From a virus (taxonomy: Duplodnaviria; Caudoviricetes): a stretch of DNA of 64,000 nucleotides. The DNA lies in IMG/VR virus record IMGVR_UViG_3300017919_000016, positions 27,965-91,964 of that record. One strand, given 5' to 3'. The translations under genes and the position numbers were made by a program. Of the stretch, positions 57,021-64,000 are shown one piece after another. The notes beneath the pieces were generated by a model. The model did not search any database, was not told where the DNA came from, and worked only from the letters and a program-made list of their open reading frames with translations. Numbering within the stretch: position 1 is the first letter of the stretch; each line of letters begins with the position of its first letter.

Positions 57021-57560
57021 TTAATCCAAGAAGTCATCGTCATCATCTAAAACTTCAAAGTCATCTTCCGGTCTGAAAATTCCTCCTAATGGTTCTCCGT
57101 CTTCCACCTTCTGTACGTTCCCAAGTTCTGCAGAAACCCCTTTATTTCCATTTTTGCTATATGGGTATAGGGTAATGGCCACATTTGCATAACAACCACT
57201 ATAAACTTCACTTCGATCTACTATGAGTTCTCTCACTCTATCCACAATTTTGGGTGGATTATAAGAGCTTGCATTAATGTAATACGAATCCTTATAACTA
57301 GGGTCGTTAGGCCTCTCAATATCTCCATCCTTAAGTGGCAAATGAAACTTATTAGGGATTTCTCCTCCAAATAATTTGGTGACCCCCTTTTGCTTTGCTA
57401 TTTCAACTGTCTTTAAAATCTTATTAACTGTTGCTTTGTCACTTTTGGGGATAATGATTGATACACTGTACTTTGGCTTGTTGCCATATGCCGACTTTGG
57501 CTCCCAAAGGTTTGCATAGCTTAGTCTCCCGTAAATTCTGATTCTTGTTTCTGCGCTCAT
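57021..57560 (-). CDS. ssDNA-binding protein (DUF2815 / gp2.5-like)
   Basis: RLSYANLWEP, YSGCY, acidic C-terminal tail. Confidence 0.9.
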   Translation of the reverse strand: MSAETRIRIYGRLSYANLWEPKSAYGNKPKYSVSIIIPKSDKATVNKILKTVEIAKQKGVTKLFGGEIPNKFHLPLKDGDIERPNDPSYKDSYYINASSYNPPKIVDRVRELIVDRSEVYSGCYANVAITLYPYSKNGNKGVSAELGNVQKVEDGEPLGGIFRPEDDFEVLDDDDDFLD

Positions 57561-57593
57561 TGCTTTTCCTCCTTAATCACATTTAGTTAGTTT

Positions 57594-58727
57594 TTACTCG
57601 ATAACATCAAAATCTTGAAAAACCGAATCAACAGGTTTTCGTTTATCCGTATCCGGAACAAGTGTCAGTTTTCCTTTTGGTTTCTCCACCAGACCCCCAA
57701 GGATGTCGCTGAACTTCTTCTTCCCCATCAATTTCTCTAGTTCGCCGATAGACAGTAGTGTCTTTTTGAAAATATCCGTGTAACCAGCAGCCTTAGCTGC
57801 CTCTGCTACTGCCACCTCATCGGTATACCGCCTTCTACTGCGCCCCTCAACGAGCTTGTAGCCTGACCACTCCTTACCTTCGTTTATAGCAAGAGCCGTA
57901 GCATAGGTATAGATATCGCTCGCCCACTTGGAAAGCTCCTCAGCGACGCTTATGATTTCAGCGATTTCTTCATCTGATAAAAGCGCTGGATCTTGAAACT
58001 CATATCTAGCCATTTCCAGGTTCTTGAGAGTTCGTGCCCGGCATCTTGCCGCCACTCGACAGAATCTACAGTGTTCACCTGCACAGAACTCACCCTCACC
58101 CCGGCTTGCCAAAAGGGCTTTAGGTCTTAGTTCTTCTTCAGCCCATGAGAGCAGCTCCTCTACGGTCATTTCATCTGTTGGAAAGTTATTTACTCTGGGC
58201 TGAAAAATGGTCATTGAAATCTTATCGATGTCATAGAGCATGTCGAATAAAGTAAGTGCCCCGAGGCCGTATAACATCATTTGTGAGTTCCTTTTCCCTG
58301 AGACTTCAATGTAACCGTACTTAAAATCCACAACATAAAGTGTTCCCTTTCCAACGATCACTAGGTCTCCGGTTCCAAACCCACCAGGTACGAAATCACT
58401 GAAATCTAATTTTTGCTCGATCAAGATCTGCGGATCAGCACAGGTGTCTTTGACCTTTTCAATGAGTCCAAGGCAATATTCAACATAGAGGTCCGTATAC
58501 TCATCCATCTCTTCGTCTTGATACTTACTGTTTGGTTTCTTGGCTCTCATCTTCAGTGCTTTCTTGAGCTTGTACTCAGCGAGGTCATGTGCGGCGGTTC
58601 CCGCTTCTGCATGCTCATTAGTGGTGTTTGGCACTTCTTTTTCAAGCATTGCTGAAGGCGGGCAGGCTAACCACCTGTGAGAAGCTGATGCTGATAAATC
58701 GGAATGTTCATTGTACGATCCACTCAC
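57594..58727 (-). CDS. Cas4-like PD-(D/E)XK nuclease (DUF2800)
   Basis: SAS..RWL.CP, GTAAH, FGTGD, DFKYG, C.FC..C. Confidence 0.9.
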   Translation of the reverse strand: MSGSYNEHSDLSASASHRWLACPPSAMLEKEVPNTTNEHAEAGTAAHDLAEYKLKKALKMRAKKPNSKYQDEEMDEYTDLYVEYCLGLIEKVKDTCADPQILIEQKLDFSDFVPGGFGTGDLVIVGKGTLYVVDFKYGYIEVSGKRNSQMMLYGLGALTLFDMLYDIDKISMTIFQPRVNNFPTDEMTVEELLSWAEEELRPKALLASRGEGEFCAGEHCRFCRVAARCRARTLKNLEMARYEFQDPALLSDEEIAEIISVAEELSKWASDIYTYATALAINEGKEWSGYKLVEGRSRRRYTDEVAVAEAAKAAGYTDIFKKTLLSIGELEKLMGKKKFSDILGGLVEKPKGKLTLVPDTDKRKPVDSVFQDFDVIE

Positions 58728-59080
58728 TTCAATTCACCTACCTCCTTCATCGCCGATAAATAATGCTTAGGATCGAGAGAGGAAAGGTTGTTTGCTCCGT
58801 ATTTCGTGAGAATAGCCTTCACCTCAGCTCTAAATCCATCTCTACTTTTATCAGCCATGACCGCTCTAAGTTCTTCTAAAGAGGGTTGTTTTTCTTCTGG
58901 TACTTCCTCAACTTCAGGTTCTGGTTCTTCAGTTTTTGCCTTAGACTTTGGTTTCTTTTTTGGTACTTCTTTGACTGCTTCAACTTCATTCGCTTCCATC
59001 ACATGTACTAAAGTCTCGATACTTTCAGCTAGCGATTTAAGATCGTTGACAACTTCTAATACGAGTTTAATTTTGCTCAT
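58724..59080 (-). CDS. Conserved phage protein
   Basis: LEELRAV..K..G..KYGA..LS; usual neighbour of DUF2800. Confidence 0.8.
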   Translation of the reverse strand: MSKIKLVLEVVNDLKSLAESIETLVHVMEANEVEAVKEVPKKKPKSKAKTEEPEPEVEEVPEEKQPSLEELRAVMADKSRDGFRAEVKAILTKYGANNLSSLDPKHYLSAMKEVGELK

Positions 59081-60299
59081 CCTTCCCCTCTCCTTTCATC
59101 TTGAAATAATCTCGAATCAGGTCCTTAAGAGTCGGAACCAGATCCGTCATCTCCCATGGAGTGTTTTTCTCAACACCATCCAGCAGCATCTTTTCTTTTC
59201 CAAAATGGCCATAGACCGCAAACTGTCTGTAGATGGGTCTCTTTAGTTCAAAGGACTTGATGATGGTCCCAGGTCTCATATCAATGAGCTTTATGATGAT
59301 TGCAGTTAGCAGTTCATCCGGTAACCTTCCTGTCCCAAAAGTATCTAGTTTAAAGGACACGGGCCTCGCCACGCCGATGGCGTAAGAAACCTGCACCTCG
59401 CATTCCTTAGCAAGACCTGCTGCGACGATGTTCTTTGCAATGTATCTGGCTAGATATGCACCAGAACGGTCTACTTTTGTTGGATCTTTTCCAGAGAATG
59501 CTCCACCACCATGACGTCCTTTACTACCGTAAGTGTCTACGATAATCTTTCTTCCGGTCAGGCCTGAATCTGCTGATGGACCACCAAGGACAAACCTCCC
59601 AGTGGGGTTAATCATCACATTGGTGCGCTCAGTTAAGAGCTCATGTGGGATGACCTTTAAGATGATGTGCTTTAAGACATCCTCCCGCAGCTTTTTAGTA
59701 TCCAAGCCTTCTGAGTGCTGGGCAGATACAACAATTGCTTCAACGGATACTGGTTTATGGTCTTTCCTATAACCGACGGATACCTGGGCTTTCCCATCTG
59801 GTTTGAGGTAAGGAAGCAGCCCTGACTTTCTTGCTTCGGCCAGTCTCATGCATAGTCGATGAGAAAGAAGCAAAGACAAAGGGATGAACTCTGGTGTTTC
59901 ATCAGTGGCGTATCCAATTAAGGTTCCCTGATCTCCCGCACCTTGCTGGGCACTATCCCTATCAACCCCCAATGCGATATCAGGAGATTGCTTATTTAGC
60001 CTGACGAGCATTCTGTAGAATTCGCCATCCGCAGATAGTTCGTCTGCTCTGTATCCGATATCAAAAATCACATTCCTGATGACTTTCTTGTAGTTAACAT
60101 CCGCCTTTGTACTTACCTCTCCGAACACATGGATGAGACCATTAGATAAGGTCACTTCTATTGCCGTCCTTGCGTCCGGATCTTCATCTAGTACTGCATC
60201 GAGTAGGCTGTCGGCGATCTGATCCGCCATTTTGTCTGGATGCCCCTCCGTTACCGACTCAGAGGTCAGCACATAAGCTGGTTTTTGGTTCTCTTTCAT
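59067..60299 (-). CDS. metK: S-adenosylmethionine synthetase
   Basis: SESVTEGHPDK, GAGDQG, GLTGRKIIVDTYG, GGGAFSGKD. Confidence 0.97.
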   Translation of the reverse strand: MKENQKPAYVLTSESVTEGHPDKMADQIADSLLDAVLDEDPDARTAIEVTLSNGLIHVFGEVSTKADVNYKKVIRNVIFDIGYRADELSADGEFYRMLVRLNKQSPDIALGVDRDSAQQGAGDQGTLIGYATDETPEFIPLSLLLSHRLCMRLAEARKSGLLPYLKPDGKAQVSVGYRKDHKPVSVEAIVVSAQHSEGLDTKKLREDVLKHIILKVIPHELLTERTNVMINPTGRFVLGGPSADSGLTGRKIIVDTYGSKGRHGGGAFSGKDPTKVDRSGAYLARYIAKNIVAAGLAKECEVQVSYAIGVARPVSFKLDTFGTGRLPDELLTAIIIKLIDMRPGTIIKSFELKRPIYRQFAVYGHFGKEKMLLDGVEKNTPWEMTDLVPTLKDLIRDYFKMKGEGKDEQN

Positions 60300-60313
60300 T
60301 CGCTCGCTCCTCT

Positions 60314-60571
60314 CTATTTTTCTTGATCTGTTTGATCCATTTCCTGGACCTCCATCTCAGTGATGGAAATTGTCCCTACACTCTCTCCAGGTACTAAAAC
60401 AACCATTTTGTGTCCATCACCAAAAATCGCATTTAACAAACGATCGCGGATCGTCATCTTACGGGCTGCAAGAACCTGGTTAGGACTTGGCTTTTTGATG
60501 CCGATCTCCACATGGTGCATGGTTTTTGCCTTCTGTAGATTCAAGACACCTTGTTTACTCATCAGTTTCAC
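60314..60571 (-). CDS. Conserved hypothetical phage protein
   Basis: IRDRLL..FG..VLVPG.SV motif. Confidence 0.75.
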   Translation of the reverse strand: MKLMSKQGVLNLQKAKTMHHVEIGIKKPSPNQVLAARKMTIRDRLLNAIFGDGHKMVVLVPGESVGTISITEMEVQEMDQTDQEK

Positions 60572-60649
60572 CTCCCTTTCGTATCGAGATTTGAGTACCG
60601 CATCAGCGTCCTCTATATATAGGCCACGGGAGAAGCAAAAGAGGGGCCC

Positions 60650-61192
60650 CTAAAATAATTTTTTTCTAAGTTTTTTCATGATTTTGTTTCTTCTGTCTCT
60701 TATTGAGGATTTGTCCCGCCCTTCTTTTCTAGCTATATCAGCCATGGAAAGTCCTCTAAAATAAATGTCCATTACCAGTTCCTGCTGCTGAGGTTCTAAT
60801 GTTTTTATGGCTTCTCTCAATGCTTCTTTCTCAAGATTGGCCAGCACCATATCAAGTGCATCTTCATCAGCCATTAGGGTGTCGAACTTATCATTTTGAT
60901 CAGAGTAACTAAAATGTCTCCGCGTTTCAGCATGGTCGTTGTTGTACTCAAGGCGCTCTTCACCTTTGCTAATCACAAGCCACAGCCAAGGCTCTACACC
61001 TTCCGTCTCCTGGAGCATCCCTTCTGTAATTTCAAATTTTTCACCCGTTGCATCAAACTCATAAGTAAACGAGTCACACTCGCTCAAATCAAAGGTTGTT
61101 TTCTTCTTCCCAACCGAGTAGGTCACTTTCCCTTCTTTAGAGATTTCGATCGATGTTGTAAGGCCGTCTTTTGTTTGCATATTTTTGATCAT
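60650..61192 (-). CDS. Sigma-70 region 4 HTH protein
   Basis: L.EAI..L..QQ.LV..YF.GLS..DIA..G. Confidence 0.85.
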   Translation of the reverse strand: MIKNMQTKDGLTTSIEISKEGKVTYSVGKKKTTFDLSECDSFTYEFDATGEKFEITEGMLQETEGVEPWLWLVISKGEERLEYNNDHAETRRHFSYSDQNDKFDTLMADEDALDMVLANLEKEALREAIKTLEPQQQELVMDIYFRGLSMADIARKEGRDKSSIRDRRNKIMKKLRKKLF

Positions 61193-61433
61193 GTTCGTTC
61201 CTCCTTGGAATGTATTAGAGGAAGCACATGTATCAAAAGGGCATAAAAAAGGCCCTAATACGTATCACACGTACTAGAGCCAATTTGGCCAGATGGATCC
61301 CACTCTCAAATTTTGGGTATAAAAATAGCCGCTCTGATCAAAACTCAAAATTACATAGAGTTCTAACCCAAGCGGCCATTTTCCATCATATTCATTTTTT
61401 GCATGTGCTTCCCACTATACATAGTGTAAAGGA

Positions 61434-61599
61434 ACAAAACTCTCAAAACAATTCCAAAAGACTACCAATTTTCTATCATCAGACTATCATGAAACTCTCA
61501 ATAACCTCTCACGAAACTCTCACAGGAGTACCATGAAACTCTCAAGAAAGTATCACGATGCTTTCAAGAAAATGCCACGATGCTCCCGAGAAAGTATCA
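61434..61599. repeat. Array of 15 degenerate 11-bp units
   Basis: CA at 61444, 61455, ... 61598 (CG at 61587); typical unit end ACTCTCA/CTATCA. Confidence 0.85.
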
Positions 61600-61643
61600 C
61601 ATTCTCAATCAAACCATTTCTGATTCTCAATCAAGTAATCACT

Positions 61644-62474
61644 CTAATGGACCCCATCCCAAAAGTCTCTAAGCGGCGGGATGATATACCCCCAAAGCGC
61701 TATACCCATCAATTTTGTAGCTTCTTTTTTGTGGCGGTAAAATGATGAGCTCGTCAAATTGAGTTTATGGATGATGGCTTCATTGCTCATAATCTCTTGC
61801 TTAATATAGCAGTGCGTTATAATGTCGTGATAAAGCTGCCCATTAATCGGATGGTTTCTCAGATGTTTGAGAGCTTTATCAATTATTTCAATCATATGCT
61901 TTGTCTGGGCAATGCACATAAGCCTTTCCTCAACGACCTTTTTATCTCTTTTTAAGTCGTACTCGTCTAGTTCTAAACTTAGAAAGTCTATGAGTTCAGC
62001 GATTCTGCCACTTCCGTACTCGTTTGCTTTTACCTGAACCTCACCAATTGCACCCTCGATCCTCCATACAACTGTACGGTAGATAGAAAGTAAAAGTTTT
62101 GTCTTGTGAAAGTGCCGCGAATCATCAAGCTGCGAATCTTGGAGAGACTTCATAGGTCTTCTAATGTCTTTGATCACTTTCTCCTGAACTCGCTTCTCTT
62201 GGAGCTGTTTCTCTTGGAGCTGTTTCTCCTGTAGCTGTTTCTCTTGATGTCGCTCCTCTTTTAGTTGTTCAGGCTCTGCTCGATGTTCCTGCTCTTTCTG
62301 CTCAAGTTGTCTCTGCTCATGCTGTTCCAATTGCAGTTGTTTTTCTTGCAGTTGTTTTTCCTTACGCTGCTGTTCTTTTTGCTTCTTTGTTACAGGTTTT
62401 TCCCCCAATGGTCTCACCCCTTTCAACCGGTTGGAAGATGATTGCTTGTCTTGTAAATCAATTTCCGTATGCAT
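61644..62474 (-). CDS. Transcriptional regulator with ArpU-like C-terminal HTH and QEKQL-repeat N-terminus
   Basis: TKLLL..YR.V.W; II...Y..L.L..SSFYR.K.EA. Confidence 0.7.
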   Translation of the reverse strand: MHTEIDLQDKQSSSNRLKGVRPLGEKPVTKKQKEQQRKEKQLQEKQLQLEQHEQRQLEQKEQEHRAEPEQLKEERHQEKQLQEKQLQEKQLQEKRVQEKVIKDIRRPMKSLQDSQLDDSRHFHKTKLLLSIYRTVVWRIEGAIGEVQVKANEYGSGRIAELIDFLSLELDEYDLKRDKKVVEERLMCIAQTKHMIEIIDKALKHLRNHPINGQLYHDIITHCYIKQEIMSNEAIIHKLNLTSSSFYRHKKEATKLMGIALWGYIIPPLRDFWDGVH

Positions 62475-62933
62475 GGATAGCCTCCTATTTTCAGAATAAT
62501 CTGTGGCGAAAAGGCTTATCTACATTATACAACCGAACATACGTTCTTGTCCATTGCAACTTTTTTCATTTTTCTTTCGAAATCCAACAAAGCCTATAGA
62601 ATCAATCTTCATGAAAGATAATTTTTTTGAGTGAAATTAATCGATTGTCATTATTGTGATATTTTTAACAAAGTGGTGTAAATAAAAAGGGATGGTACGC
62701 CTAGTACTTTTCATTTGAGTAGTTCTGATAGTGTTTGACATCGATAGAAAACTGATATGTCTTAAGGGCTAAATAGATCACCACACCCTTTCATTTAGAT
62801 CAATTTAAAATTTTTTGGTAACCTACCAGTAAAATTTTATCAAATGTTCGCCGTATACAATTCGTGGAATTTCTATAAAATCGACACTTTTTTGATGCAG
62901 TTTTCATGTATGATTTTTATAAAAATTCCACAA

Positions 62934-62982
62934 TATCCTTTTTAGTCCTAGCTCCCATTATCCTTTTTAGTCCTAGCTCCCA
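62934..62982. repeat. Perfect 24-bp tandem duplication
   Basis: TATCCTTTTTAGTCCTAGCTCCCA at 62934 and 62959. Confidence 0.9.
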
Positions 62983-63083
62983 ACACTCACCTTCAAAATG
63001 GTAGCACCTGCCGGAGAGTAGGATCTACACCTTGGTCTAGTCCTGAAGAGGCGCTCATCTTTACTGGGCTACCTATCTAATAG

Positions 63084-63380
63084 TTACTGACCTAAATCGA
63101 GCAGGTCCTCTAAAGGCTCATACCCTTTATCATTGAAGACGTACTTCCGTACCTCGCCATCAATCGTCGCTGTAATCAGGCCCATCACCTGCCCTGGATT
63201 CTTCTTAAATGTCATGGGCAGCTCACCAAAGAACTCAGACCCGAAGGATGATTCAATGAAGTTCTGACGATTGAGATGGATTGTCCTGATAAAATTCAAG
63301 ATATTGAACACAATTTGATCTTCCAGGCATAAATCATCGGCTTTCAGCATTCTCTTTACTTCTATTTCTGAATACTTCAT
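63084..63380 (-). CDS. Hypothetical protein
   Basis: AGGAGG RBS, 98 aa. Confidence 0.7.
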   Translation of the reverse strand: MKYSEIEVKRMLKADDLCLEDQIVFNILNFIRTIHLNRQNFIESSFGSEFFGELPMTFKKNPGQVMGLITATIDGEVRKYVFNDKGYEPLEDLLDLGQ

Positions 63381-63466
63381 GTGAAAAGACCTCCTAACAG
63401 AGCCATTACCTATAAGTTCGGATAACTCTATGACTCCAGATCACCGCGAATGTAGACCGCAGCCAC

Positions 63467-64000
63467 TTAATCCTCAAATCGATCGACCAGTTCCCCAGCG
63501 CTGTTGTATAGCTCTGCAGGATCGCTATCACTGTTGTTCCATGTTCCCCTACCATCTAGCCAGTGGAAATCTACATCCGCATTCTTGGCTGAGTCACCGA
63601 CTTTGACAGAAGCATTGACCTCTAAGACATGCTCTGGGAACGTAAAATTCTGATCCCCTCTAACCGATCGGATTCTCCACCCGGATAGATTAACAGCTTG
63701 AGTGCCGGTATTCTTGATTACGATATACTCGGCTTTCTTATCTAGGCTTGTTATGACAACACTGCTTGATGCACTGCTTGGTGGAACAATTACATCATCA
63801 GCGCCCTGATCGTCAGCCTCTTCATTAATCGCTGCGTTTACTTCATCAGGATTGACGTTGTCGAACTCATCGTTAATGACGTTTCCCATCAAAGTATATG
63901 TGAAACTGTAATGGCTTGGAATCTGAGTCTTTGTATCAGGGTATGTAATGATGGCCACAAAGTCAGTACAGCCACCTGCATCTCTGATTACTTTTTCCAT
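63467..64000 (-). CDS. Lamin-tail-domain protein, C-terminal part (probably starts beyond window)
   Basis: EYIVIKNTG..VNLSGW..FTFP..WNN..D.A.LYN..G. Confidence 0.82.
   Translation of the reverse strand: MEKVIRDAGGCTDFVAIITYPDTKTQIPSHYSFTYTLMGNVINDEFDNVNPDEVNAAINEEADDQGADDVIVPPSSASSSVVITSLDKKAEYIVIKNTGTQAVNLSGWRIRSVRGDQNFTFPEHVLEVNASVKVGDSAKNADVDFHWLDGRGTWNNSDSDPAELYNSAGELVDRFED

Larger units (their letters stand above)
16000..62500 (-). mobile_element. Prophage A (temperate siphovirus, serine-recombinase type), apparently complete; ends approximate
   Basis: Co-oriented regulation, replication, packaging, head, tail, lysis and recombinase modules; att sites not located. Confidence 0.9.

Noticed and set aside
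61434-61599. CRISPR array
   Set aside because: Units are 11 bp and degenerate with no spacers; the Cas4-like gene is a standard phage replication nuclease.
62934-62982. 24-bp tandem duplication as att site or TSD
   Set aside because: Copies are adjacent and not seen elsewhere; simple slippage explains it.
1-64000. tRNA or rRNA genes
   Set aside because: None recognised by eye; tRNAscan-SE was not run.

Overview
Firmicutes (probably Clostridia) DNA occupied almost entirely by minus-strand temperate siphovirus genes. Prophage A (~62.5 kb down to ~16 kb) looks complete. It has regulators (ArpU-like x2, sigma-70 region 4), MetK, a replication module (Cas4-like nuclease, SSB, PolA, VirE primase, VRR-NUC, SNF2), HNH and a candidate cos, a ParB-methylase, amidoligase/GGCT, AbrB, an HK97-type head, tail, holin/amidase, four large serine recombinase units in three ORFs (one is an A-B fusion) and a small accessory cluster. 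Directly after it comes a second, diverged copy (B, ~15.5 kb to the window start) of the packaging/head/tail module only. B has no replication, HNH or cos in view and carries an AbiE toxin-antitoxin moron whose toxin is split by an IS256-family element. The best novel candidate is a putative tail-tip beta-propeller gene followed by a close paralog that has gained a membrane anchor, its own SigA-like promoter and a charged surface. This suggests superinfection exclusion by a cell-surface copy of the phage's own receptor-binding protein. Also notable: a 27-bp fixed-spacing promoter-like motif (7-8 copies), a 15-unit 11-bp-phased array, DnaA boxes inside the late operon and an unannotated Arg/Lys-rich overlapping microprotein. 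All family calls come from motif recognition and synteny by eye; no database searches were run.
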